NCBI GenBank assembly: GCA_035700105.1
Contig: DASSOZ010000029.1
Coordinates: 13,605 to 77,604, forward strand
Length of the DNA stretch: 64,000 bases
Direction of reading: 5' to 3'
DNA from: Acidimicrobiales bacterium
GTDB taxonomy: Bacteria > Actinomycetota > Acidimicrobiia > Acidimicrobiales > DASSOZ01
Both the position numbers and the translations under genes were made by a program. The notes beneath the pieces were generated by a model. It made no database searches, was not told the origin of the DNA, and saw nothing but the letters and a program-made list of their open reading frames with translations. This document shows, piece after piece, positions 34,081 to 42,852 of the stretch (the first letter of the stretch is position 1; each line of letters begins with the position of its first letter).

Positions 34081-34861
34081 CCGTCGCCGGCCAGATCACC
34101 GCGCCGTACTGCGTCGAATGCTTCGTGCCGTCGATGACGCGCAGGTCGACGTCGACGCCCCGCTCGCGGGCCCGCCGAACGAACGCCGTCGCCTGGGCGA
34201 GCGGGATCATCTCGTGGGTCGAGTTGGCGACGAGCATCGGCGGTGCGCCGTCGCGCAACTGCGCGAGCGGTGACGCGGCGCGGGCGTTCGCCGCGCACGT
34301 CGCGGCGCGGCAGCCGAGGTAGTCGCGTACGAGCGGCGAGAGCGTCCGTCCTCCGAGCGACGTGAGGTCCGTGGGTGGGGACCACGCGACGACGCCGCGC
34401 ACGCCAGCGACGCCCGTCGTGCCTGCCAGCAGCGCGAGGTTGCCGCCGGCGCTGCCGCCGACGAGCGCGATGCGATCCGGGTCGACGCCCAGTTCCGGTG
34501 CATGCGCCCGAACCCAGGCGACGGCGGCGCGCACGTCGTCGAGCGCGGCGGGGAACGGGTGCGCGGGCGCCAGCCGGTAGTCGATCGACGCCGCCACCCA
34601 GCCGTGGGTCGCGGCCTTGCGTCCCTGCGCCCGGTACCAGGTGCGGTTGCCGCTGCTCCACCCGCCCCCGTGGACGAAGATCACCGCCCCCGTCGGCGCT
34701 GCGTGCGGCGCCGGCCGGTACACGTCGAGCCGCTGCCCGGGCGAATACTGCACCGTTTCGGTGAGTTGGGTACCGCCTGGCGAGCGCAACTCACCGAAAG
34801 CCGCTGGGGTGAGGGTGAGCGCGGCAACCAGACCGATCGCCGCTGCCAGCCGCCGTCCCAC
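34037..34861 (-). CDS. secreted alpha/beta hydrolase (esterase/lipase, HSL-like)
   Basis: Signal peptide MGRRLAAAIGLVAALTLTPAAFG. Oxyanion HGGG (VIFVHGGGWSSG) and nucleophile elbow GGSAGG. Confidence 0.8.
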   Translation of the reverse strand: MGRRLAAAIGLVAALTLTPAAFGELRSPGGTQLTETVQYSPGQRLDVYRPAPHAAPTGAVIFVHGGGWSSGNRTWYRAQGRKAATHGWVAASIDYRLAPAHPFPAALDDVRAAVAWVRAHAPELGVDPDRIALVGGSAGGNLALLAGTTGVAGVRGVVAWSPPTDLTSLGGRTLSPLVRDYLGCRAATCAANARAASPLAQLRDGAPPMLVANSTHEMIPLAQATAFVRRARERGVDVDLRVIDGTKHSTQYGAVIWPATVRFLERTIGPPATA

Positions 34862-34897
34862 AGGTTTCAGATCGGCAGGACGGGTACGAGCGTGAGG

Positions 34898-35998
34898 GTG
34901 TCAGGCGGAACCCGGGGTTCCCGGCTGGTCGGGCTCGACCGACTGCGGGGTGCGGCGCTGCTGTTCATGCTCGTCCAGCACTTCACGGACTGGCTCGCCG
35001 GCGACGCCCGGCGGATCCTGCCGGGGTGGCGGTGGTTCGTCCTCACCGACCTCGCCGCGCCCGCCTTCGCCGTCGCCGCCGGCGCGTCGCTCCAGCTGTT
35101 CGTGGCCAAGCGGCGGGCGCAGGGTGTCGACGGCGCGCCGCTGCACACCGACGTGCTGCGCCGTTACGGCCTGCTGATGCCCATCGGCGCCGCGCTCGGC
35201 CTCGTCGTGTTCCGCAACCCGTGGGGTTTCGGTGTGCTCGAGGCGCTCGGTGCCGGCACGCTCGTCGCCTACGTCGCCGGGCGGCGCCTCTCCCCGGTGT
35301 CGGTCGGGGCGATCGCGGTGGCGTTCCTGCTCGCCGACAACGTCGTCGGCCACCTCGTGACCGGGTGGGACCGTCACACCTACGCCTACCACGTCCTCCA
35401 CGGGACGTTCCCGGTCACGACGTACACCGGCTTCGTCCTCGTCGGTTTCGTCGGCGCCGCCGCACTGCGCGGGCGCGACCGGCCGAAGGCGGCGCTCGTC
35501 GGCGGGCTGGCGCTCGCGGCGACGACGTGTTTCATGGCGGCCGCGGGCGCGGTGCCCGACCGCTACCCGGCGACGCCTGCGTTCGTCGTCCCGGCGCTCA
35601 GCGGGACGCTGTTGCTGTACGCGCTCGTCGCCCGGTGGTCACCCGGCCGCCTCGTCGAGGCGGCGTCGACGCACACGCTCGGCGTGTTCCTGGGCCATTA
35701 CGCCGTGCTCCTCGCGGCGCGGTGGTGGCTGCCCGAACTCCCGACGGGCGTCGGGCTCCTCGTCGCGCTCGCGCTCACCGTCGCGTTCGCGCTCGCCGCG
35801 CCGCTGATGCCGACCCTGCCGTGGTCGCTGCGAAAGGGCCGGACGCGGAAGACGCCGACGCGGACGGTGACTCAGCCGGCGGCGGCCGCGGCCTTGGTGA
35901 GCTCGTCGAGCGCGTCACCCAGGCCGTGGGCGATGTCCCACACACCGGGCACCGTCTCGCGGCAGGCGACGAGGCCGAAGTCCATCGACCCCATGTAG
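34898..35998 (+). CDS. polytopic membrane protein, DUF1624 / acyltransferase-like
   Basis: LDRLRGAALLFMLVQHF near the N-terminus, followed by multiple TM segments. The GTG start is ambiguous (34892 or 34898). The 3' tail overlaps the convergent WS/DGAT gene by 127 nt. Confidence 0.55.
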   Translation: MSGGTRGSRLVGLDRLRGAALLFMLVQHFTDWLAGDARRILPGWRWFVLTDLAAPAFAVAAGASLQLFVAKRRAQGVDGAPLHTDVLRRYGLLMPIGAALGLVVFRNPWGFGVLEALGAGTLVAYVAGRRLSPVSVGAIAVAFLLADNVVGHLVTGWDRHTYAYHVLHGTFPVTTYTGFVLVGFVGAAALRGRDRPKAALVGGLALAATTCFMAAAGAVPDRYPATPAFVVPALSGTLLLYALVARWSPGRLVEAASTHTLGVFLGHYAVLLAARWWLPELPTGVGLLVALALTVAFALAAPLMPTLPWSLRKGRTRKTPTRTVTQPAAAAALVSSSSASPRPWAMSHTPGTVSRQATRPKSIDPM

Positions 35999-37278
35999 CT
36001 CATCACGGTGATGTTGAGCCCGCCGCCCTCGACGATCGGGCCGTGCGGGTAGTACGCGAGCAACCGGGCGCCGGCGGAGTAGAGCGGGAACGACGGGCCG
36101 GGGACGTTCGAGATCGTCACGTTGAACACCGGGCGGTGACGGTCGGCCATGTTCGTCCGCGAGTAGAGGCGGGCGGCGCGCGCCGCCAGCGCCGGTGCGG
36201 CGAACTCGGCCCAGTCGGTGAGCGTGTCGGCGCCGATCGCGTCCTGCTGCTCCTTCGCGCTGCACGTGATCTCGTTGATCGCCCGCAGCCGCGCAACCGG
36301 GTCGTCGATGTTCGTCGCGAGCGACGTGAACATGCCGGCGACGCGGTTGCCCATCGCGCCCTTCTCGTTCTCTGCCCGCACGGAGATCGGGACGAACGCG
36401 ACCAGGGGATCGTCGGGCAGTTCGCCGCGCTCGTCGAGGTAGCGGCGGAGCGCGCCGGCGCACACCGCCATGACGACGTCGTTCACCGTCGTGCCGAACG
36501 TGTTCTTCACGTGCTTCACGTCGTCGAGCGACACCGACGTGAGCGCGACGCGCCGGTGCGCGGTGATCGAGCCGTTGAGGGACGTGCGGGGCGCGGCGAA
36601 CGGCGCAGGCGGTGTGATCGTCCCCGGTGCACGGTTGCGGCGGCGGATGTTGAGCGCCGCCTCCGCCGTGCGTCGCGCCGCCCGTGCAGCGCGGAACGGC
36701 TGGCGGGCGAGGCTCGCCCACGCGTACGCGAGCCGCTCGAGCTCGCCGGGCACCCGGTCGGGACGCCACTCCTGCTCGGGTGGGTCGACCTCGCGCGGCT
36801 CGGCGGTGAAGTCGAGCAGGTTGACCATGAGCTCGGCGCCCGACACACCGTCGATGGCCGCGTGATGCACCTTCGAGAGCATCGCGATGTTGTCGTGCTC
36901 GAGGTTCTCGACGACGACCATCTCCCACAGCGGCCGGTTGCGGTCGAGCGGCCGGGCCATGAAGTCGCCGGCGAGCTCGGCCAGCTCGTCGAGGCCTCCC
37001 GGCTTCGGCAACCCGGCGCGGCGGACGTGGTAGTCGAGGTCGAAGTCGGGGTCCTCGATCCACAGCGGGTGGTGCAGCTCGAACGGGATCGAGACCAGGC
37101 GGCGGCGGAACGGCGGCAGCAGGTGCAACCGCTCGGCGATGACGTCCTTCACCTTCTGGAACGAGTAGCCGCCGGGCACGGTCGTCGGATCGAAGATCGC
37201 CGTCGATCCGACGTGCATGTGGTTGCTCGGCGTCTCCATGTACAGGAACACCGCGTCCAGTCCGGTGAGTCGGCGCAT
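35872..37278 (-). CDS. wax ester synthase / acyl-CoA:diacylglycerol acyltransferase (WS/DGAT)
   Basis: 468 aa with the catalytic HHAAIDGVSG (HHxxxDG) motif, plus NDVVMAVCAGALR and NVPGP. SD GGGGGGAAG lies upstream. Confidence 0.9.
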   Translation of the reverse strand: MRRLTGLDAVFLYMETPSNHMHVGSTAIFDPTTVPGGYSFQKVKDVIAERLHLLPPFRRRLVSIPFELHHPLWIEDPDFDLDYHVRRAGLPKPGGLDELAELAGDFMARPLDRNRPLWEMVVVENLEHDNIAMLSKVHHAAIDGVSGAELMVNLLDFTAEPREVDPPEQEWRPDRVPGELERLAYAWASLARQPFRAARAARRTAEAALNIRRRNRAPGTITPPAPFAAPRTSLNGSITAHRRVALTSVSLDDVKHVKNTFGTTVNDVVMAVCAGALRRYLDERGELPDDPLVAFVPISVRAENEKGAMGNRVAGMFTSLATNIDDPVARLRAINEITCSAKEQQDAIGADTLTDWAEFAAPALAARAARLYSRTNMADRHRPVFNVTISNVPGPSFPLYSAGARLLAYYPHGPIVEGGGLNITVMSYMGSMDFGLVACRETVPGVWDIAHGLGDALDELTKAAAAAG

Positions 37279-37304
37279 CGTCGAAGTCTTCCCCCCACTT
37301 GAAA

Positions 37305-37322
37305 CCTGACGTACACGTCACA
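37305..37322. promoter_or_regulatory. 18-bp palindrome CCTGAC-GTACAC-GTCACA (right arm degenerate)
   Basis: Lies in the 59-bp divergent gap between WS/DGAT (start 37278) and MaoC (start 37338). It sits between the TTGAAA -35-like box (37299-37304) and the TATGGT -10-like box (37324-37329). Confidence 0.55.
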
Positions 37323-37323
37323 C

Positions 37324-37329
37324 TATGGT
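37324..37329 (+). promoter_or_regulatory. -10-like hexamer TATGGT, 8 nt upstream of ATG 37338 (leaderless arrangement)
   Basis: Read directly in the sequence. TTGAAA lies 19 nt upstream. Confidence 0.45.
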
Positions 37330-37337
37330 CCCGCGCC

Positions 37338-37829
37338 ATGGCCGTGGACACGAGCGTCATCGGGAAGAAGATGCCGACCTCGCGGGTCGTGCTCGAGCGG
37401 GGGCCGGTGAGCAACTTCGCCGCCGCCACCACCGACGACAAGCCCATCTACCGCGACCCGGAGGTCGCCAGGGCGGCGGGGTTCGACAACATCCCGGCGG
37501 CACCGACGTACTCGTTCGCGTGGCAGCACTTCGGCGCCTTCCCCGAGCTCCAGCCGGAGGACGCGTCCGGCCCGAACCCGATGTTCGAGATCATGGGCCA
37601 GCTGCGGGGCAGCGGTGGGCTGATCCTCCACGGGGAGCAGGAGTTCATCTACCACCGCACGCCGCAGGTCGGCGACGACCTCGTCGGCGAGGGCCGCATC
37701 AAGGACCTCTACGAGAAGGAGTCGAAGGGCAAGACGATGACCTTCATCGTCACCGAGACGGTCTGGAAGGACGCGAAGAGCGGTGAGCCCGTCGTCACCG
37801 CGCTCTTCAACCTGATCCACCGGGCGTAG
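37338..37829 (+). CDS. MaoC-like (R)-hydratase/dehydratase, N-terminal hot-dog type
   Basis: 163 aa with VIGKKMPTSRVVLERGPVSNFAAATTDDKPIY and LHGEQEFIYHR. I chose ATG 37338 over the ORF-track TTG 37299. Confidence 0.75.
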   Translation: MAVDTSVIGKKMPTSRVVLERGPVSNFAAATTDDKPIYRDPEVARAAGFDNIPAAPTYSFAWQHFGAFPELQPEDASGPNPMFEIMGQLRGSGGLILHGEQEFIYHRTPQVGDDLVGEGRIKDLYEKESKGKTMTFIVTETVWKDAKSGEPVVTALFNLIHRA

Positions 37830-37870
37830 CCGAGGCAGGACATCCCGCACGCGCGGGCGAACACCCGTAC

Positions 37871-40800
37871 GTGCGTCGGAAGGTCGTGCCCTATCTCGTC
37901 GCGCTCGTCGCCCTGGCGACGGCCGCGCCGCTCGTCGTCGTCGCCCGCGCCACGACGACGTCCACGCCCGCCAGCGCGGCGACGAAGATCGCGCCAGCGC
38001 TGCGACAGCTCCTCGCCGACGGCTACGGCGACGTCGACATCGCCTCGATGGTGCCCGGCTACGTCGCCGGTCACGTCGAGTACCTCGCGAAGATGACGTC
38101 GATCGACCCCGTCACCCGCACCGCGCTCCGCGCCGCCGGTGCGAGCGTCCGGCACGAGTTCCCCGAGATCGGTTGGGTCGCGCTCGACTCCGCGCCCGAC
38201 GCTGTCGCCGCTGTCGCCGCCCTCCCGCAGGTGACCGAGCTGCGTGTCGACGACGTCAAGCACGTGCTCGACCTCGATGTCCGCTACGTCGATGCCGCCA
38301 CCGCCGCAGCCAGCGGCTATCTCGACCAGACCAAGCGCGGGACGCACGACGTCGGCGCCGACACGCTCTGGGCGAACGGCGTCACCGGCAAGGGCGTCGT
38401 CGTCGGCGTCGCCGACAGCGGCATCGATCAGAGCCACCCCGACCTCGCCGACAAGATCACGCAGTTCGTCGACTGCAGCGCCGTCCTGCCGAACCTGGCG
38501 GCGAGCGACGACAGCGACAGCGGTGTCGGCGATTGCATCGCGCACTTCGGCATCGACGACAACGGCCACGGCACGCACGTGTCGGGCATCGCCGCCGGCG
38601 GCGCCAACGGGGGGACGCCCGACCAGAAGGGCAAGCTGCCCGGCATGGCGCCCGGCGCGAGCCTCGCGGGCGCCAAGGTCTGCACGCCGGCGGGCACGTG
38701 CCTCAACTCCTCGGTGATGGCCGGCTTCCGCTGGCTCGCCACCGACGTGAAGGACGGCGGCGCCGGTGCCGACGTCGTCAACATGAGCCTCGGCGGCGGG
38801 CGGACGTACGGCTCGCCGGTGTTCGGTGCCGAGCAGGTGACCGACACCGATCCCGAGGCGCAGCTCGTCAACCAGCTCGCCGACAAGTACAACGTCGTCT
38901 TCACGATCTCGGCCGGCAACAGCGGCCCGACGTTCCAGAGCGTGGGCAACCCGTCGGTCGCCGCGCAGGCGATCTCGGTCGGCGCGTCGATCGCCGACTT
39001 CGACCTGGACCACCCGGTCGACCAGACCGAGCACGGCGAGTTCGGCGACATCCGCCCCGATGCGGTGAAGGCGCACGCCACCGCGATCGCGTCGTTCTCG
39101 TCGCGCGGTCCGTCGGGCGACCGCCAGATCAAGCCCGAGCTGACCGCGCCCGGCAGCTACGTCGTCGCCGCGCAGTCGAAGGAGGGCGGCGAGGTCGGCG
39201 CCGCCGACGCCGCCCACATGAACCACTACAGCCAGGACCTGAACTACGCGGTCCTGTCCGGCACGTCGATGTCGTCGCCGGCGGCCGCCGGCGTCGCCGC
39301 GCTGCTCGTCGACGGCTTCCGCCAGGCGACGGGCGGCACGTCGCCGCAGTACTTCCACGTGAAGGCGGCCATGGCGAACACCGCCGGCACGCACGCGTTC
39401 GAGGGCCCGGTGGCCGGCCTGCTCGGCACGATCAGGTCGCGCACCGGTCTGCCCGGTCAGACGCCGGCCGAGCTGTACCCCAACCGCAACGACGGGTACG
39501 TCGGCGTCGGCGGCGAGGGCGCCGGCCGGGTGAACGCGGTCGACGCGCTCCTCGCGCTCACGAAGGGCGTGATCGCGTACACGCCGCGTTCGGAGGACGG
39601 GAAGCTCGACGACAAGCGCGAGCAGCAGCCGAACTGGGCGCTTGACGACGTCGCGCCCGGGGAGAGTCGCGACCAGCGCTTCATGTTCCACCCCGCGCCC
39701 GGCCGCACGACGCCGGCGAGGGCGACGTTCCACGTCGACAGCGGCACGGAGCCGGCGGGCATCCACGCCATCCCGGCATCGTGGTTCGCGCTGCCGAAGT
39801 CCGTCACGATCAACCCGCGGACGCCGGACCGCTGGGACACCGGCTTCTACCTCCACGTGCGCGTGCCCGCGAACGCGGCGCCCGGCCAGTGGAACGCCAC
39901 CGTGGTCGCCGACGTCGCGCTCGGCGGCGGCGTCACCCAGCACGTCCGCATCCCGGTGCAGCTGTTCGTCCCCCTGCCGGCGGCACCGACGGTGTCGATC
40001 GAGGGCCCGGTCTGGGCGTCACAGAGCACCGACTGGTCGGTCGTCGGCGCCGAGAACCCCGAGGGCGACGTCTACACGGACTGGATCTCGTTCCCCCTGC
40101 GACTCACCAAGGACACGAAGGAGGTCGACCTCTCCGTCTACGACGCCAAGGCCGACGGCGCCGACCACATGGACGTGTTCGTGTTCGACGACAAGGGGGT
40201 CGAGATCGACTCGACCGTCACGAACTCGACCGACCACGTCGTGCCCGAGGCGCTCGCGCTGACGCCGACGACGAAGGACGCACCCGCGACCGTGTCGCTG
40301 CTCGACGGCGACGACCTGACCGACGTCGTGCTGCCGACGACGGTGTGGGTCATGGTCGCCGACAGCGGCCGCACGAGCGGGGCACCCGGGTTCCGAGACT
40401 TCCACCTCGACGTGACGACGACCGGTGGCGGCACCGGCGGGACGACACCCGCCGACCGCATCCACTCGGGCGAGCACGCGTGGTGGAGCGGGTCGGGCGA
40501 CGGCATGACGAGCACGCTCACCCGCTCGATCGCGGTCCCCGCCGGCGCGACGTCGTTGTCGTTCTGGACGTGGTACCAGCTCGAGGACGGCTACGACTGG
40601 GCGTACGCGCTCGTGTCGACCGACAACGGCGGCACCTGGACGAGCCTGGCGGCGTCGAGTCCCGACGACGGCAGCGGGACGACCGACCAGGACCCTCTCG
40701 GTCTCGTCGGGAACGCGCTCGGCGGGTCGAAGGCGTATCCGAACGGGTTCACGGGCGACTCCGGGTCGCCGGCGACGTTCACCGGTCAGAACCTGTTCGG

Positions 40801-41035
40801 CGGGGTGCTGTCGCACCAGGTCGCGGACGTGTCGGCGTACGCGGGCAAGACCGTGCTCCTGCGGTTCGCAGCGACGTCGGACGGCGGCACGAGCCTCGAC
40901 GGGTTCTACGTCGACGACCTCGCGCTGACCGGCCCGGGCGGCGCGACGGTGTGGTCCGACCCGGTCGACGCGCCGACCGGCTGGACTTCGGGCGGCCAGC
41001 CCGGGTTCGGCTTCGTCACGAAGGCCGCGGGCTAG
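37871..41035 (+). CDS. secreted subtilisin-like S8 serine peptidase with large C-terminal extension
   Basis: Signal peptide, then catalytic triad contexts VGVADSGID (Asp), DDNGHGTHVSG (His) and LSGTSMSSPAAAG (Ser). The C-terminal ~200 aa (SLSFWTWYQLEDGYDWAYALVSTDNGGTW) resemble the immune-inhibitor-A-type beta-sandwich tail. Confidence 0.85.
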   Translation: MRRKVVPYLVALVALATAAPLVVVARATTTSTPASAATKIAPALRQLLADGYGDVDIASMVPGYVAGHVEYLAKMTSIDPVTRTALRAAGASVRHEFPEIGWVALDSAPDAVAAVAALPQVTELRVDDVKHVLDLDVRYVDAATAAASGYLDQTKRGTHDVGADTLWANGVTGKGVVVGVADSGIDQSHPDLADKITQFVDCSAVLPNLAASDDSDSGVGDCIAHFGIDDNGHGTHVSGIAAGGANGGTPDQKGKLPGMAPGASLAGAKVCTPAGTCLNSSVMAGFRWLATDVKDGGAGADVVNMSLGGGRTYGSPVFGAEQVTDTDPEAQLVNQLADKYNVVFTISAGNSGPTFQSVGNPSVAAQAISVGASIADFDLDHPVDQTEHGEFGDIRPDAVKAHATAIASFSSRGPSGDRQIKPELTAPGSYVVAAQSKEGGEVGAADAAHMNHYSQDLNYAVLSGTSMSSPAAAGVAALLVDGFRQATGGTSPQYFHVKAAMANTAGTHAFEGPVAGLLGTIRSRTGLPGQTPAELYPNRNDGYVGVGGEGAGRVNAVDALLALTKGVIAYTPRSEDGKLDDKREQQPNWALDDVAPGESRDQRFMFHPAPGRTTPARATFHVDSGTEPAGIHAIPASWFALPKSVTINPRTPDRWDTGFYLHVRVPANAAPGQWNATVVADVALGGGVTQHVRIPVQLFVPLPAAPTVSIEGPVWASQSTDWSVVGAENPEGDVYTDWISFPLRLTKDTKEVDLSVYDAKADGADHMDVFVFDDKGVEIDSTVTNSTDHVVPEALALTPTTKDAPATVSLLDGDDLTDVVLPTTVWVMVADSGRTSGAPGFRDFHLDVTTTGGGTGGTTPADRIHSGEHAWWSGSGDGMTSTLTRSIAVPAGATSLSFWTWYQLEDGYDWAYALVSTDNGGTWTSLAASSPDDGSGTTDQDPLGLVGNALGGSKAYPNGFTGDSGSPATFTGQNLFGGVLSHQVADVSAYAGKTVLLRFAATSDGGTSLDGFYVDDLALTGPGGATVWSDPVDAPTGWTSGGQPGFGFVTKAAG

Positions 41036-41045
41036 GAGCTCTGGC

Positions 41046-41083
41046 GGTGACCGATGTCACCGTCCTCCGACGAGGAGTTTGTG
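41046..41083 (+). terminator. two short hairpins plus T-rich tail after the S8 gene
   Basis: GGTGAC-CGAT-GTCACC (41046-41061), then TCCTC-CGAC-GAGGA followed by GTTTGTG. Weak stems. This begins a locally AT-richer stretch. Confidence 0.35.
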
Positions 41084-41118
41084 AATCGGTTCTCGTACTC
41101 TGGAGTAGTTACTCCACA

Positions 41119-41265
41119 ATGAGGAGCCGACCCGCCGTGACCGATACGAACGCCGCCGCCGCCCGCCGCTGGATCGCCGAGCGCCTGCTCTGGGAGCGCT
41201 TCCTCGAGCAGACGGTTCGCGCCGCCGACGGCGCCGAGCCCGTCGAGCAGCGCCCCGCCGCCTGA
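41119..41265 (+). CDS. hypothetical 48-aa protein
   Basis: MRSRPAVTDTNAAAARRWIAERLLWERFLEQTVRAADGAEPVEQRPAA. Preceded by palindrome TGGAGTA-GT-TACTCCA (41101-41116) and followed by hairpin family 2 copy B. No homology recognised. Confidence 0.3.
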   Translation: MRSRPAVTDTNAAAARRWIAERLLWERFLEQTVRAADGAEPVEQRPAA

Positions 41266-41276
41266 CACCCCCGTTC

Positions 41277-41324
41277 GAGGTTGATGCCGTGGACCCCCGT
41301 GAGCGGTGGTCCACGGCATCAACC
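41277..41324. repeat. 48-nt palindromic hairpin repeat, family 2 copy B
   Basis: AGGTTGATGCCGTGGACC-CCCGTGAGCGGT-GGTCCACGGCATCAACCT: perfect 18-bp stem and 12-nt loop, which ends in AGCGGT as in copy A. Confidence 0.8.
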
Positions 41325-41348
41325 TGGATGGGATGAACCGGTCCAAAC

Positions 41349-41366
41349 CCTGACACGACCGTCAGG
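41349..41366. promoter_or_regulatory. 18-bp palindrome CCTGAC-ACGACC-GTCAGG (operator candidate)
   Basis: Perfect arms. Lies 44 nt upstream of GTG 41411. Confidence 0.6.
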
Positions 41367-41410
41367 GAAACGGACAGGGTTGCCCCGGCCACCCGTCGAA
41401 CAGTGACGGG

Positions 41411-42826
41411 GTGCGAGTCGTCCGGGGCGTCCGCCGCTGCTGCTTCGGCGTTGCCGCCGTCCTGGCCGCCTCCGCGCTGCTCGCGCCGGCCGCGCAGGGG
41501 GACACGAGCGAACGTCCGGGGACCTGGGCGAGCCGGGCGTCGGCGACCGCCGTCGGAGTGATGTTCAACACCGTCCCGCAGCAGGTCGTGCCCGAGATCC
41601 TCAACGTCGCGTTCCCCGACAGCGACACGGAGTTCAGCCCGTCGATCGGCAAGGCACGCGCCTCGACCGTGTATCCGGGCCTGCTCGTCACCCAGGGCGC
41701 CAACCTCACGTGCCAGTTCTCGTGCGCGCCGGTGCCTCCGTACCCCCTCACCGCGTATGCCGACGGGCAGACGCCGGACGCGAAGATCGCCACCGGGCAG
41801 TCGGTGCCGGTCGGACCGGGCGGCCTCGAGGCGGGCACCGCGGTCGCCCACGTCGGCGACGACGGCACGACGGCGAAGGCGGTCAACGGACGCTTCGACC
41901 TCTCCGGCAGCGCGACGTCGGCGGCGGCCGCGCTCGCCTTGCGAAGGCAGATCACGGCGATCGTGAAGGGACCCATCGCGGCGGCGAGCGTCAAGCCGAC
42001 CGCCGACGACGCGTCCCTGGTCCACGTCGACTCCTCGGTGTCGGAGACGACGAACACGTTCAAGGGCGGGACGCTCGTCGTGACCGCGACCTCCACGCTG
42101 AAGGGCGTGCACCTCCTGGGCGGCACGATCGACATCGACTCGATCGTCAGCACGGCGTCGTCGACCAGCGACGGCCAGGCCGCCAAGGTGAACCGGTCAC
42201 TGACGATCGCCGGCGTGACCGTCGCCGGGCAGCCCGCGCACCTCGACGACAAGGGACTCGCCATCGGACCGAGCGGCTCGCAGGGCGGGGACGGCTTCGA
42301 CGCTCTCAACGACGCGCTGAAGAGCGCGCTCGGCGCCGCCGGTGTCGACATCCACGCGCTCACCGGTTCACAGGACGTGCAGGGCTCGTCGGGCAACGCC
42401 AGCATCGAGGGCGTCCTCGTCTCGGGCAAGAGCGACGGGGTCGCCGGCAACGGCGCGATCGCCAGCGTGCTGTTCGGCAGGGCCGGTGTCGAGAACTCGG
42501 CGTCGCCGTTCGAGGCGCTCGGTGATGACCTCGGCGACGTCGGCGGGATCACCGGCGACGCCGGCGCCATCACCGACACGGGCGGGCTCGGCGACGTCTC
42601 GCTGCCGTCGGTGTCCGGCGGGTCGGCCGCGCTGCCGTCGGCGTCCTCCGGTAGCCGCGGCACGGCGCAGCCGGCGGCGCCAGCAGCCGCCGGCTCGCAG
42701 CGCGCGAACGCCCGGAACGTCGCGTTCGTCGATCCTGCCGCCGGACGGCTGCACTCGCTGTACCTCGCGCTCGCCCTCGCCGCCGTCGGCGTCGCCCTCG
42801 GGTGGCGGCGCATCCTCCCGACGTGA
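41411..42826 (+). CDS. cell-surface protein with signal peptide and C-terminal TM anchor, family not recognised
   Basis: 471 aa. N-terminus CCFGVAAVLAASALLAPAAQG. A G/S/T/D-rich body contains the LLGGTIDIDSIVSTASSTSDG segment. C-terminus LHSLYLALALAAVGVALGWRRILPT. Confidence 0.65.
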   Translation: MRVVRGVRRCCFGVAAVLAASALLAPAAQGDTSERPGTWASRASATAVGVMFNTVPQQVVPEILNVAFPDSDTEFSPSIGKARASTVYPGLLVTQGANLTCQFSCAPVPPYPLTAYADGQTPDAKIATGQSVPVGPGGLEAGTAVAHVGDDGTTAKAVNGRFDLSGSATSAAAALALRRQITAIVKGPIAAASVKPTADDASLVHVDSSVSETTNTFKGGTLVVTATSTLKGVHLLGGTIDIDSIVSTASSTSDGQAAKVNRSLTIAGVTVAGQPAHLDDKGLAIGPSGSQGGDGFDALNDALKSALGAAGVDIHALTGSQDVQGSSGNASIEGVLVSGKSDGVAGNGAIASVLFGRAGVENSASPFEALGDDLGDVGGITGDAGAITDTGGLGDVSLPSVSGGSAALPSASSGSRGTAQPAAPAAAGSQRANARNVAFVDPAAGRLHSLYLALALAAVGVALGWRRILPT

Positions 42827-42852
42827 CGACCACGAACCAGGAGCCGCACCGC

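Noticed and set aside
41046-41061. GGTGAC-CGAT-GTCACC as a twelfth operator copy
   Set aside because: The TGAC/GTCA cores are spaced by 4 nt instead of 6, and the flanking bases differ. Its position directly after a stop codon fits a terminator-like hairpin better.
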